64,000 bases of DNA. Origin: Clostridia bacterium. Its GTDB lineage: Bacteria > Bacillota > Clostridia > UBA1212 > DUPL01. Each line of letters opens with the position of its first letter. Position 1 is the first letter of the stretch. This document shows, one piece after another, positions 1 to 9,594 of this stretch. The notes under the pieces were generated by a model. The model searched no databases. It was not told the DNA's origin and saw only the letters and a list, made by a program, of their open reading frames with translations. Both the position numbers and the translations under genes were made by a program. The DNA is taken from NCBI GenBank assembly GCA_050951325.1, contig JBMNIW010000004.1:32001-96000 (forward strand), in the 5' to 3' direction.

Positions 1-486
1 CCTTCACTGGCAGAACCTCCCCTTTTAAGAGAACACAGACTTTATCAGGCGGACTGGCTATTGCGGTTTTATGGGTTTCGGAGCAGTGAGCTTTTAAACG
101 AAAGAAATCCTAATCTTAATCTTAAATATGATCCGAAATGTGATTGGGCCGTAAGGAATCTGGATTTGTTTCCTGTTGAGGTCAACAAGGCGGATTACGA
201 CACATTGCTAAGGGTTCCAGGAATCGGCACCATATCTGCACGAAAAATAGTTTCTGCAAGAAAAGTTGGTTCTTTGGGGTTTGAGGAACTCAAAAAAATG
301 GGTGTTGTTCTTAAAAGAGCCCAGTATTTCATAACCTGCAGAGGGAAAATGATGCCGCATATAAAGTTTGACCCGAAATTCATAGACGCAAATCTTAGCC
401 TGGATAAAAGAGCAATACCCATTTTCAGCAATTACGAACAGCTATCCTTATTGGATTACATTAATGGTGGTGATTCCTTATGCTGA
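1..486 (+). CDS. Putative DNA modification/repair radical SAM protein (TIGR03916-like), C-terminal part, 5' truncated by window
   Basis: Frame open from base 1: PPLLREHRLYQADWLLRFYGF signature and helix-hairpin-helix LLRVPGIG; paired with the downstream TIGR03915-like gene. Confidence 0.9.
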   Translation, partial: PSLAEPPLLREHRLYQADWLLRFYGFRSSELLNERNPNLNLKYDPKCDWAVRNLDLFPVEVNKADYDTLLRVPGIGTISARKIVSARKVGSLGFEELKKMGVVLKRAQYFITCRGKMMPHIKFDPKFIDANLSLDKRAIPIFSNYEQLSLLDYINGGDSLC

Positions 487-1235
487 ACATATATATCTAC
501 GATGGCTCATATCACGGTCTTTTGACCAGTTGTTTTGATGCATGGAAAGATAAAGACATATATTCAATTCGAACAAAAGAAGAAAACAAGGATGTCAACC
601 TGCTTGAAAAAGTTGTATATATCGAAACAGATAATGAAAAAGCTGAGAGAATCATAAAATGGGTTGGCAAGGAAGCTTGTTATGAGGTTCAAAGAAAACT
701 CTACAGAGTCTTTCTTACAGAACATCCTGAAAGGGGCATGTATATCTTCAGATATCTAAAACTTCTTAACCAGCTGGGTAGAAATGTTGAAAACCACCTG
801 TACAATGACGATGTGCGAAATATAAACAAACTGAGCAGAATGCATGCATCAGAAACCCACAGGCTTTATGGATTTGTAAGGTTTGAAGTAATAGGCAACA
901 ACATACTCTATGCACGAATAGAGCCTGATTTCAACCAGTTGGAAGTCATTGCCCCCTACTTTGCAGACAGGTACAACGGCCACTTGTGGATCATACACGA
1001 CCTTGCAAGGAATATGGCTGCTATCTTCAATGGTAGCCAATATATCATAACGGAGTATAACGGAAATATGCTTGATAATGAATCAAAGACGGAAATCTCC
1101 TTTCAAAAAATGTGGGTTGAATATTTGGATGCTTTGACAATTAAAGAAAGACTGAACCTTGATTTGCAAAAACAGAAAGTTCCGCTGAAAACCAGAAAGC
1201 ATTTAACAGAATTTATGTTTAAAAGTAAAAATTAA
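480..1235 (+). CDS. TIGR03915 / DUF4130 family putative DNA metabolism protein
   Basis: YIYDGSYHGLLT start, ETHRLYGFVRF, FADRY and WIIHD motifs; overlaps the rSAM stop, the usual gene pair. Confidence 0.88.
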   Translation: MLNIYIYDGSYHGLLTSCFDAWKDKDIYSIRTKEENKDVNLLEKVVYIETDNEKAERIIKWVGKEACYEVQRKLYRVFLTEHPERGMYIFRYLKLLNQLGRNVENHLYNDDVRNINKLSRMHASETHRLYGFVRFEVIGNNILYARIEPDFNQLEVIAPYFADRYNGHLWIIHDLARNMAAIFNGSQYIITEYNGNMLDNESKTEISFQKMWVEYLDALTIKERLNLDLQKQKVPLKTRKHLTEFMFKSKN

Positions 1236-1236
1236 T

Positions 1237-1264
1237 CACACATTTTCTCTCTTCTCCATACAAT
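1237..1264 (+). promoter_or_regulatory. sigmaK-like sporulation promoter
   Basis: CACA(1237-1240)-N16-CATACAAT(1257-1264) matches the B. subtilis sigmaK consensus mACA-16-CATAnnnT. Confidence 0.55.
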
Positions 1265-1302
1265 GATATTGTAATGTAGATGGAGCACAAGGAGGTTAAA
1301 CA

Positions 1303-1431
1303 ATGAGTTGTTTCGGACTTGATGACGATTGCATCCTTTGGATCATATTACTTCTCGCCCTGTTGGGTATACTGAATGACTGTAATCGTAGAGGTGTGTT
1401 AGGCACCAGAGACAAGGATTGCTGCTGCTAA
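1303..1431 (+). CDS. Small 42-aa Cys-rich hydrophobic protein, not in ORF track; possible spore coat/sporulation peptide
   Basis: RBS AAGGAGG at 1289-1295; translation MSCFGLDDDCILWIILLLALLGILNDCNRRGVLGTRDKDCCC*; own promoter and terminator. Confidence 0.75.
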   Translation: MSCFGLDDDCILWIILLLALLGILNDCNRRGVLGTRDKDCCC

Positions 1432-1473
1432 TTTGATTAATTAGCTAACTAATTGATGGCAGCGAATGAGTCA

Positions 1474-1505
1474 GGGGCTATCGCTTATGCGACAGCCCCA
1501 TTTTT
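1474..1505 (+). terminator. Rho-independent terminator
   Basis: GGGGCTATCGC-TTAT-GCGACAGCCCC followed by ATTTTT, between convergent genes. Confidence 0.8.
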
Positions 1506-1526
1506 GACGTATCAACTCATATAACT

Positions 1527-2015
1527 CTAAAGTTTTATTCTCTTTGCCACAGGTATGAAAAGCATACCCATAACCACTCCGCACAAACCTTGAATTCCAT
1601 TGTATGCGATGCCTAATAATGCAGGGGCAATTCCATCGTAAATTAACAGCTCATAAAAGAAGTATCCGGCAATCATGATGATTTCAGCAAGTATGAATAC
1701 CACAAGGTTTCTTGCTGGCTTGTTGCCATCTTTCAGGGCAAATCCTGCAAATAATCCCATTAAACCTTTAATAACAAATGTCGCTGGCGCATATAGAGCA
1801 TAACCTAGAATCAAATCTGCAATGCAGGAACCAATTGCCGCTGGTACGAAAGCCATGGGTCCAAGCAAAAAAGCTGCAGTAAATATGAAACCGTCACCCA
1901 TATGTATATAGCCACCATAAACAGGTACTGCGATCTTCATGAATGCTGTGGCGACAATAATCATTGCCGCCAAAGCACTGTGATAAACAAGTTTTTTTAC
2001 ATTTTTGCTAGCCAT
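1527..2015 (-). CDS. ECF transporter S component
   Basis: Hydrophobic 162 aa with GGYIHMGD and IGSCIADLILGY..YAPATFVIKG motifs. Confidence 0.85.
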   Translation of the reverse strand: MASKNVKKLVYHSALAAMIIVATAFMKIAVPVYGGYIHMGDGFIFTAAFLLGPMAFVPAAIGSCIADLILGYALYAPATFVIKGLMGLFAGFALKDGNKPARNLVVFILAEIIMIAGYFFYELLIYDGIAPALLGIAYNGIQGLCGVVMGMLFIPVAKRIKL

Positions 2016-2030
2016 ACAAGACCTCCGTTT

Positions 2031-3095
2031 TTAACCGTGAAGCCTGACTTCCTCCCAAGCTTCGTTGTAATATTTCACAGCGTCACCCAAATCAATAAAC
2101 GATTCGCATCTTTCAATAACTGACTTTGGAGGATTGTAAACCTCACTTTCCCTAAGACTTGCATCAAGCTGACTCAAAGCCTCCTTCTGTGGAGTTGAGT
2201 ACTGAATATATTCAGCATTCATCTTCGCAATATCCGTTCTGCACATGAAATCAATAAACAGGTGTGCAGCTTCGATATTCTTGCCTGTTTTTGATATGAC
2301 CATTGCATCAGCCCATATATTGCTGCCCTCATCAGGTACGGCATACGCCAAATCAGAATTCTCATTCATCATCCATACGGCATCTCCGGACCACGCCACC
2401 ATAAGGGCATAATTGCCTGCAATCATCATATCCTTCAACTTGTCAACACCATAATCAGCCACCAGATCTATCTGGTCAATCAAAGCTTCTTTTGCAGCCT
2501 TAATTTCATCAAGATTTGTGGAATTCATTGAATAACCAAGCTTTCTCAAGGCCACACCCATGGTGTCTCTCATGCTGTCAAGCATTAAAATCTTGCCCTT
2601 GTACTTTGAATCCCACAGTATGGACCAGCTGTTAACAGGTTCGGTAACCAGCTTTTTATTGTACAGAATTCCCAATGTTCCCCACATATATGTTACTGAG
2701 TATTCTTCATCAGGATCGTACGCAAGCCCTCTGAAGGAGTCGTCAATTTTGTCATAGTTGGTCAGCTTGGAAAAATCAATTTTATGGAGCCTATCCTCCT
2801 TTATGAGACGTTCAATCATGTAGTCTGATGGAATCAGAACATCATAAGGTTCTTTGCTGTTTATGAGTTTCTGATACATGATTTCGTTTGTATCAAAAGT
2901 ATCATAAACTATCCTTATGTGCGGATACTCCTCCATGAACATGTCGAGGACACGCTCGTCAATGTAGTCTCCACAGTTGAACACATAAAGTGTTTCACGG
3001 TCGTCCTTGCAGCCTGTCAGGAATATGACTCCTACAAGGGACAAAACCAACAAAATTGAACTGACAATTCTTACTGTCTTTTTCATTTCAAGCAC
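2031..3095 (-). CDS. potD: Spermidine/putrescine ABC transporter substrate-binding lipoprotein
   Basis: Lipobox LTGC; GDYID, DTNE, PSDYM, WSGDA and EGSNIWAD motifs; pot operon context. Confidence 0.92.
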   Translation of the reverse strand: MLEMKKTVRIVSSILLVLSLVGVIFLTGCKDDRETLYVFNCGDYIDERVLDMFMEEYPHIRIVYDTFDTNEIMYQKLINSKEPYDVLIPSDYMIERLIKEDRLHKIDFSKLTNYDKIDDSFRGLAYDPDEEYSVTYMWGTLGILYNKKLVTEPVNSWSILWDSKYKGKILMLDSMRDTMGVALRKLGYSMNSTNLDEIKAAKEALIDQIDLVADYGVDKLKDMMIAGNYALMVAWSGDAVWMMNENSDLAYAVPDEGSNIWADAMVISKTGKNIEAAHLFIDFMCRTDIAKMNAEYIQYSTPQKEALSQLDASLRESEVYNPPKSVIERCESFIDLGDAVKYYNEAWEEVRLHG

Positions 3096-3903
3096 TCCTT
3101 TCCTTAATCAAAGCTTTATTTCCATTAGGTCGTTTTCTAAGGTTGTTAATAACTAGTATTACAAATACCACGATCATAATAATCGTCGACAGCGCATTTA
3201 CAGACAAAGGAATCCTTCTCTTTGTCAGAGTGTTTATCTCCACACTGAGAGTTTTGAATGCGGCTCCCGCTGTAAAATAGCTGATAATGAAGTCATCAAG
3301 CGACAGTGTAAACGCAATCAAAAGGCCGGATATGATACCAGGCAGTATGTCTGGAAGAACAATCTTCCTAAAGGCCATGGCGGGTGTAGCTCCCAAATCC
3401 AACGCCGCTTCATAAGTACTTTTGTTCAACTGCCTCAGTTTAGGCAGTACTGATAGTATAACATACGGCACATTGAAGGTAATGTGTGCAATAAGTATTG
3501 TTGAAAAACCCAAAGGAACACTTATGGCACCAAAAAACAGCATGAACGCAATACCTGTCACAATCTCTGCATTAAGCATTGGGATGTTGGCAACCTTTAT
3601 CGTAGAGTTTCTCATAATGCCGGGCATCTTGTGGATGACAATTGCAGCATAAGTACCTATAAGTGTTGCAACAACACTCGCAATAGCTGCCACTATAAGG
3701 GTGTTTCGGAATGAGCCGAGCAGGGCGTCTCTATTCACAAGGTCCTTGTACCATCTTAAAGAGAAACCTGCAAACTTGCCTCTTGACTCGCCTGCATTGA
3801 AGGAAAAAAGTATCAGGACCGCTATTGGCGAGTAAAGAAACAGCATGATAAGCGCAATGTATATGCGGTGAATTGCTTTCGATATTTTCCCCCTCCTTTT
3901 CAT
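3088..3903 (-). CDS. potC: Spermidine/putrescine ABC transporter permease
   Basis: FLYSPI..LILFSFN, EAALDLGA and FTLSLDDF motifs. Confidence 0.92.
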   Translation of the reverse strand: MKRRGKISKAIHRIYIALIMLFLYSPIAVLILFSFNAGESRGKFAGFSLRWYKDLVNRDALLGSFRNTLIVAAIASVVATLIGTYAAIVIHKMPGIMRNSTIKVANIPMLNAEIVTGIAFMLFFGAISVPLGFSTILIAHITFNVPYVILSVLPKLRQLNKSTYEAALDLGATPAMAFRKIVLPDILPGIISGLLIAFTLSLDDFIISYFTAGAAFKTLSVEINTLTKRRIPLSVNALSTIIMIVVFVILVINNLRKRPNGNKALIKERSA

Positions 3904-4757
3904 ACGACACCTCCTGCATCATTCTCCTTGTCCACAAGATTAACTATGGACATCATTGCAATTACAATTATCATCAATAGAAACGACAATGCGCTTCCAT
4001 CGCTTGAAACTCCAGCTCCGGCACCCGCCTCATGCATGAACTTGTATTCTATGAGGCTGCCCACTGTCCATTTCTTGTTCGCCAGAAGCTGCGGAATTAC
4101 AAAGGTGGTTACTGAAGGAACAAACACCATTGTTATTCCCGAAAGTATTCCTGGCAGAGACAAGGGAAGAAGAATCTTGCTGAAAACAACAACTCCACTT
4201 GCTCCTAAATCCCTTGCAGCCTCGATAAGGCTGTAATCTATCTTCAAAAGCGATGTATATATCGGCAGTACCAGGAAAGGTAGAAAGTTGTATACCATTC
4301 CTATGATTATTGCTGTGGTTGTGTTTGTAAGAGTGCCATTCTCAAGCCCCACAAACTTGAAAAATCCGCTGAGTATGCTTTGCTCGTCAATCAGTGCTTT
4401 CAATGCATACGTCCTGATAAGTATGTTCATCCACATTGGCAGCATCAACAGTATCATCAAAAGGTCCCTTGCTCCGTTGGACAATTTCGTCATTACATAG
4501 GCAAGAGGATACCCCAGTATGAAGCAGACGACGGTACTAATGAAAGCATAGTACAATGAGTCGTAAAAGGCGCTCTGGTATCTTTCATTGGAAAGAACAT
4601 TTACAATATTGCTTATTGTAAACTTCAGTCCCTCATCTGTAACCTCCACGAAAGCATAAAAAAAGATCATTACAAGGGGGACAATAGTGAATACAAGAAG
4701 CCATGCATGAATAGGTATTGACAGAAGTATGTTGTTAATTCTGCTCTTCTTTGTCAT
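3900..4757 (-). CDS. potB: Spermidine/putrescine ABC transporter permease
   Basis: [13 protein letters not shown] and EAARDLGAS motifs; start placed at ATG 4757 after GGAGG. Confidence 0.92.
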   Translation of the reverse strand: MTKKSRINNILLSIPIHAWLLVFTIVPLVMIFFYAFVEVTDEGLKFTISNIVNVLSNERYQSAFYDSLYYAFISTVVCFILGYPLAYVMTKLSNGARDLLMILLMLPMWMNILIRTYALKALIDEQSILSGFFKFVGLENGTLTNTTTAIIIGMVYNFLPFLVLPIYTSLLKIDYSLIEAARDLGASGVVVFSKILLPLSLPGILSGITMVFVPSVTTFVIPQLLANKKWTVGSLIEYKFMHEAGAGAGVSSDGSALSFLLMIIVIAMMSIVNLVDKENDAGGVV

Positions 4758-6186
4758 TCTCAAAATCGCCTCCTTCATATACGCTCATCTCGTCCTTGTC
4801 GTGGACATCCACCCTCTTGCGGATCTTGATGCTCTCTCTTGGTATATAGAGGCATACTTCCACGCCTATTGCCATCTTCCTGTCAGTGTGAACAAGAAAA
4901 TCAGTATCGGAACATCTTACAATAACTTCATAGTCAAGCCCCTTGTCTTTTACATTGACAATCTCGCCGTTGATTGTTCCACCAGGCATTTCCGTCTCAA
5001 AATTCTTCTCCTTAATCTCTATATCCTGTGGGAGAATATATACGCTTACTGTCTCATCCTGCTCAAAACCGCTGGCATTACAGTCAAACATGCTGTCGAC
5101 GATTTCCACTTTGTTATCCTCAACCATCCATCCCGTCATGATATTATAAGGGATTCTCATAATATGTATGTCATAGGGATCTATGCAGAGGCCGACCACG
5201 CTGCCAGGTTTTGAATATGCCGTGGTGTGAACTTTCCATTTGAATCCATTGGCTTCAACAGTGATTTCATAGTGGACACCTTTAAACAGAGTGCTCAAAA
5301 CCTCTCCCTGCAGCATGCCTTTTTCAGGCTCCACAATCTTTATATCCTCAGGTCTTACTACCACGTCCACATCCTCGTCTTCTCCAAAACCCTTGTCCTC
5401 GCATTGAAATTCCTTGTTTGCAAACTCGCAAAGGTAGTCTCTTTTCATGACGCCGGAAAGAATGTTGCTTTCGCCAATAAACTGGGCAACAAATGCATTG
5501 CTAGGCTCATTGTATATGTCCGTGGGCTTTCCTATCTGCTGAATAACACCATGATTCATAACAATAATGGTGTCGGACATTGTAAGAGCTTCTTCCTGAT
5601 CATGGGTTACATATACAAAGGTTATTCCCGTCTTCTTTTGAAGGTTCTTAAGCTCATACTGCATTTCCTTGCGCAACTTGAGATCAAGAGCTCCAAGGGG
5701 TTCGTCCAGAAGAAGTACCTCAGGTTCATTTACAATTGCTCGTGCAATGGCAATTCTCTGCTGCTGTCCTCCGCTCAATGAATGGGGCATTCTTTTTTCA
5801 AAACCGGACAATTCAACCAGTTCCAATACTCTTGCGACATTTTCCTTTATATCCGTTTCCTTCATCTTCTTTATTCTCAGGCCGAAAGCAATGTTCTCAT
5901 AGATATTCATGTGTGGAAACAAAGAATATTTTTGAAATACAGTATTAATAGGTCTTTTATGCGGAGGCACGTCAGTAATATCCACATTATTGAAGAATAT
6001 GCGGCCTGAATCAGGTTGCTCGAATCCACCAATAATACGCAGGGTTGTTGTCTTGCCACAGCCCGACGGACCAAGCAGAGTCAAAAACTCATTCTTCCTG
6101 ATGTATAATGTCAAATCCTTTATAACTTCAGTATCTCCATAGCTCTTTGTAATGTTGTACAAGTCAATTATATGTTCCGACATCAA
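4735..6186 (-). CDS. potA: Spermidine/putrescine ABC transporter ATP-binding protein with duplicated C-terminal TOBE region
   Basis: Walker [23 protein letters not shown] and VTHDQEEA motifs. Confidence 0.93.
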   Translation of the reverse strand: MMSEHIIDLYNITKSYGDTEVIKDLTLYIRKNEFLTLLGPSGCGKTTTLRIIGGFEQPDSGRIFFNNVDITDVPPHKRPINTVFQKYSLFPHMNIYENIAFGLRIKKMKETDIKENVARVLELVELSGFEKRMPHSLSGGQQQRIAIARAIVNEPEVLLLDEPLGALDLKLRKEMQYELKNLQKKTGITFVYVTHDQEEALTMSDTIIVMNHGVIQQIGKPTDIYNEPSNAFVAQFIGESNILSGVMKRDYLCEFANKEFQCEDKGFGEDEDVDVVVRPEDIKIVEPEKGMLQGEVLSTLFKGVHYEITVEANGFKWKVHTTAYSKPGSVVGLCIDPYDIHIMRIPYNIMTGWMVEDNKVEIVDSMFDCNASGFEQDETVSVYILPQDIEIKEKNFETEMPGGTINGEIVNVKDKGLDYEVIVRCSDTDFLVHTDRKMAIGVEVCLYIPRESIKIRKRVDVHDKDEMSVYEGGDFENDKEEQN

Positions 6187-6217
6187 GATCCCCCTTATTC
6201 ATCATATCATATATTCT

Positions 6218-6766
6218 CTAAAAGCTGGGAGGTGTAACTACCCATAGCACTTTTGCACTTTTTGTTGTGTTGTTCGCTATATAATGCCTGGAAAAAGGTA
6301 AAAAATAAAAGCTCTCGCCCTTCTTCACCTTGTATGCCTTATCACCAATATGTAGCATAACCGTTCCTTGCAAAACTATTCCAAACTCTTCCCCGTTGTG
6401 AGGCTCTTCTTCCGAGGACTTCCCACCAGGTTCCAGAGTAAGTATGATAGGCTCCATATCGTTCTTTTGACAGTTGGGCACTAGCCATGTTATTTTGTTT
6501 CCTTGGTCAAGATTCTCAGTTTCAAAATAGTCCTTTTTTGTGAAAACAATCTTTTCTTCGGTTGCTTCATTAAAAAAATCCCTTAAATTGGTCCCCAGAC
6601 ACTCAAGTATGTCTACCAGTGTTGCAATCGAAGGTGATGTCTGTTCACTTTCTATTTGAGAGATGAAACCTTTTGACAACTCGCTTCTGTTTGCCAGCTC
6701 TTCCTGTGTTAGCCCGTTCCTTATCCTGAGCTCCCTTATCTTTGCTCCAATTGCAAACCCTGACAT
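6218..6766 (-). CDS. XRE-family HTH + cupin transcriptional regulator (PuuR/PotR-like)
   Basis: N-terminal HTH LTQEELA..LSKGFISQIE and cupin HNGEEF; first gene of the pot operon. Confidence 0.9.
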   Translation of the reverse strand: MSGFAIGAKIRELRIRNGLTQEELANRSELSKGFISQIESEQTSPSIATLVDILECLGTNLRDFFNEATEEKIVFTKKDYFETENLDQGNKITWLVPNCQKNDMEPIILTLEPGGKSSEEEPHNGEEFGIVLQGTVMLHIGDKAYKVKKGESFYFLPFSRHYIANNTTKSAKVLWVVTPPSF

Positions 6767-6795
6767 GGGAAATATCCCTCCTTTTCGTTTCTACG

Positions 6796-6837
6796 AGTTT
6801 TACTGATAGTAAACTTTAAGTTTACCTTTACTAAACT
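6796..6837. promoter_or_regulatory. Candidate operator: chained inverted repeats of AGTTTAC/GTAAACT
   Basis: AGTTTTACT-GAT-AGTAAACT-TTA-AGTTTACC-TTTACTAAACT between the promoter and the regulator RBS. Confidence 0.5.
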
Positions 6838-6847
6838 CACGACGGAT

Positions 6848-6876
6848 ATTGTACTAACATTTTAGCCGCATGTCAA
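6848..6876 (-). promoter_or_regulatory. sigmaA promoter of the regulator-pot operon
   Basis: TTGACA-17-TACAAT on the minus strand. Confidence 0.75.
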
Positions 6877-6915
6877 CTGTTTTTTAAGATTTAACATTCT
6901 ATATACAATTTATAT

Positions 6916-6944
6916 AAAAACAGCCTCCGGATCGCTCCGAAGGC
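6916..6944 (-). terminator. Rho-independent terminator after the UroD-like gene
   Basis: GCCTTCGGA-GCGA-TCCGGAGGC-TGTTTTT on the minus strand. Confidence 0.75.
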
Positions 6945-6968
6945 ATTTAAAACAATATAAACCGATAA

Positions 6969-8033
6969 CTAATTGTATGAACCAACTTCCTTTACAGTAC
7001 TGATAATCCTTGAAAAATTCTCAAAACTCACGCTATTTGGAATTGAATGATCCGATGCGAAAATATAACCTCCGTTTTCCTTCAACTTGGGAACTACCCT
7101 TTTAATCTCCTCAATGATTTTCTCAGAATCACTCCAAAGTACTGCATTAACTCCCCCATGCAGACTCAGCTTCTCGCCGTACGCCTTCTTTATCCTTAAG
7201 GGGTCCATTCCCGCCTTGACTTCCAGAGGGTTCAGTATATCCACCCCTATTTCCACAATATCGGGCAAAAAGTTCATTACATTGCCGCAGGAGTGCAAAT
7301 GTGCAAATACACCCTTTTCATGTGCGTAATCCACAGCTCTCTTGTGAAAAGGCTTTAGGAGCTTTTCATAAAGATCCTTGGAAAAGAAAGTGGTGTTTTT
7401 GTATCCCATATCATCCGGCCAGTAGATGGAATCAAATTTAAAACCTCTATCCCAAACCATGTCAAAATATTTGATGCAGCAGGTCAGATATGTATCAAAA
7501 ATATCCATAACCCATTCAGGTTCCTCAAGCATTGCAACGAGGATGGTTTCAGTACCTGACATCCATGAATGAGCTACATCAAAGCCAAACCAGAAATCCG
7601 CTTGAATAAAACTTCCGTTTTCTACCCATCTTGGGTAATTGGCTTCAAGATATGCAAAATCTACCTTCCCCTCATTTATGTCCAGCATTCTCTTTTTGGC
7701 ATCCTGCCACGCAGCGGACGAGTTTACCTTGAAATCAATAAAGTCGGGGGTTGAATCCTCTTCCTTGAACTGCTTCAGGGTTACTCCCCAGCCAGTTGTG
7801 TAGATAACATATCTGTCGGTCTCTTCAACTAGCTTGGCAGGGTATCTGGGAGAAATGTCAACTCCAATTCTTTCAACTTTGTCTATATTGAAGTAATCCC
7901 TGTAATCCACATTATCAGGCATTCCTTCCCTTATCCACCTTCTTATCGTTCCAGCCCAAGGTTGATCCACAATAGGCACCCTGTCAGCTTCCTTGTGATT
8001 AAGTATGCGATACATCCTCTCTCTTGTGGTCAC
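6969..8033 (-). CDS. Uroporphyrinogen decarboxylase (URO-D/MtaA-CmuA) family protein
   Basis: TTRER..R.L....ADRVP start; DDMGY, HLHSCG and GGYIFASDHSIP motifs; GTG start after GGGAGG. Confidence 0.85.
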   Translation of the reverse strand: MTTRERMYRILNHKEADRVPIVDQPWAGTIRRWIREGMPDNVDYRDYFNIDKVERIGVDISPRYPAKLVEETDRYVIYTTGWGVTLKQFKEEDSTPDFIDFKVNSSAAWQDAKKRMLDINEGKVDFAYLEANYPRWVENGSFIQADFWFGFDVAHSWMSGTETILVAMLEEPEWVMDIFDTYLTCCIKYFDMVWDRGFKFDSIYWPDDMGYKNTTFFSKDLYEKLLKPFHKRAVDYAHEKGVFAHLHSCGNVMNFLPDIVEIGVDILNPLEVKAGMDPLRIKKAYGEKLSLHGGVNAVLWSDSEKIIEEIKRVVPKLKENGGYIFASDHSIPNSVSFENFSRIISTVKEVGSYN

Positions 8034-8061
8034 TATGCACAACCTCCCATTCAAAAATGAA

Positions 8062-8084
8062 GCTCAGGTCAAACTGACCCGAGC
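8062..8084 (-). terminator. Intergenic stem-loop / weak terminator
   Basis: GCTCGGGTCA-GTT-TGACCTGAGC then TTCATTTTT between the esterase and UroD-like genes. Confidence 0.5.
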
Positions 8085-9449
8085 CTATTCATCATAACTC
8101 AATTTAACAGGACCAAAGGCAGGAATCGAATATCCTTCCTCATCCGTAATGTTACACCTTGGATTCAATCCGTATCCATAGGCGATATGTACATCGTTCT
8201 GCAGTATAAAATCAATAGACATATTAACGCGCACAATAGCGGTTTCTTCAATCAAGGAGACATTGTAAATGAAGTCTCCCAGCTTTCTGCCTCCGGAAAC
8301 CAGTTCAAAACCCATGGCACTCGGTTCTGCCTTCAATTTGCCGTGCAGATTGGAAAATGTGACTACGATATCCGTCCACAAAGGCTCATGGCTGTTCATT
8401 TTCATCTTGATACTGTCAAGGCGGATGCCGGGCAGGCAGCTCTTTGCGTCATATCCATGTATCAAACCGTACATGAGCTCCGCCGCATTTCTTCCAATAA
8501 CCTTCTGAGAGTTGCTTGACACATGAATAGGATCAGAAAGCTCATAAGATATGGTATACACTGTATCCAGCCCCTTGATCTTTTCATGCAGTGTCCTCTG
8601 CACTTCCCTTATCTTGGTCCAGCTTTTGTCGGCATTTTCATCTCCAACAGCTGCAAGTCTTGAAATCTGTACCTGAACGAAAGGCAGATTCTCACCAAAG
8701 TCCCTTCTTACGCAGCTTACAAAGTTTATCATCTTCTCTTCAAAAACTTCCGAAAGCTCAGGAGACGCATCGGAGCAGCCCTGGTACCAGAACATACCCT
8801 TTACCCTGGAACCATTATGAACAAACCTTCTATACATCGCGCCGTAAAGACTTTCATCTCCGCCCAGGTCCCTTCCTTCCGGCGACCACTGGTCCATGCT
8901 TGTTCCACCATGGGCACAGCAAATAACGCCCTGGGGAACCTGTTCGTAGTCATACATCTTCTGGGCAAAAAACAAACCAGGACCAACACATCTGACTCTG
9001 GGACCTGCTGGAGGCGGCACATCAGGAAGCAGTTTTCTATGTACCTTGTCCTTTGCATTCCATAAATCATGCATACGTATTAATTCTGCCGCACCCCACT
9101 CATCATCCATGTAGAATGCCCGTATATGATCCTCCGCCTTCATTTTTATATCCTCGCTGGTGAGTTCACCAACACCTTCCATGTTGGACTGGCCACCCAA
9201 AAGCCATACATCTCCCACATAAATGTCCGTATAAGTCTTTCCGTCAATATTTACCGAGTACGGACCGCCGGTGGGAATGCCGCCTAAAATATATGCGCCA
9301 TTATCAGCCTTATGCAAATCCAACTCTTTGAATAAGCCATCTTCCTTGAAATATTTTGCGTTTTTGATCTCTTTTTCCGGGTAGATTATTATTTCCGCCA
9401 CATTATGACGATTTCTCTGCATAACCATACCGGATACTATTCCAATCAT
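8085..9449 (-). CDS. Sialate O-acetylesterase (SASA/SGNH) family carbohydrate esterase
   Basis: VGDVWLLGGQSNM, GGTS..W, WYQG.SD and DPIH motifs; start at ATG 9449 after AAGGAGA. Confidence 0.85.
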   Translation of the reverse strand: MIGIVSGMVMQRNRHNVAEIIIYPEKEIKNAKYFKEDGLFKELDLHKADNGAYILGGIPTGGPYSVNIDGKTYTDIYVGDVWLLGGQSNMEGVGELTSEDIKMKAEDHIRAFYMDDEWGAAELIRMHDLWNAKDKVHRKLLPDVPPPAGPRVRCVGPGLFFAQKMYDYEQVPQGVICCAHGGTSMDQWSPEGRDLGGDESLYGAMYRRFVHNGSRVKGMFWYQGCSDASPELSEVFEEKMINFVSCVRRDFGENLPFVQVQISRLAAVGDENADKSWTKIREVQRTLHEKIKGLDTVYTISYELSDPIHVSSNSQKVIGRNAAELMYGLIHGYDAKSCLPGIRLDSIKMKMNSHEPLWTDIVVTFSNLHGKLKAEPSAMGFELVSGGRKLGDFIYNVSLIEETAIVRVNMSIDFILQNDVHIAYGYGLNPRCNITDEEGYSIPAFGPVKLSYDE

Positions 9450-9594
9450 GATGTAATTCTCCTTTGCATTAAGATTCAGCAATATATTAACCCTAAAACA
9501 ATTGGCTTGTCAACATAAAGATAATTCAACAAATATATTTTTTATGATATAATTGGAGATATTCGCAAATAAATATCAAGAAGGAATGAAACAT

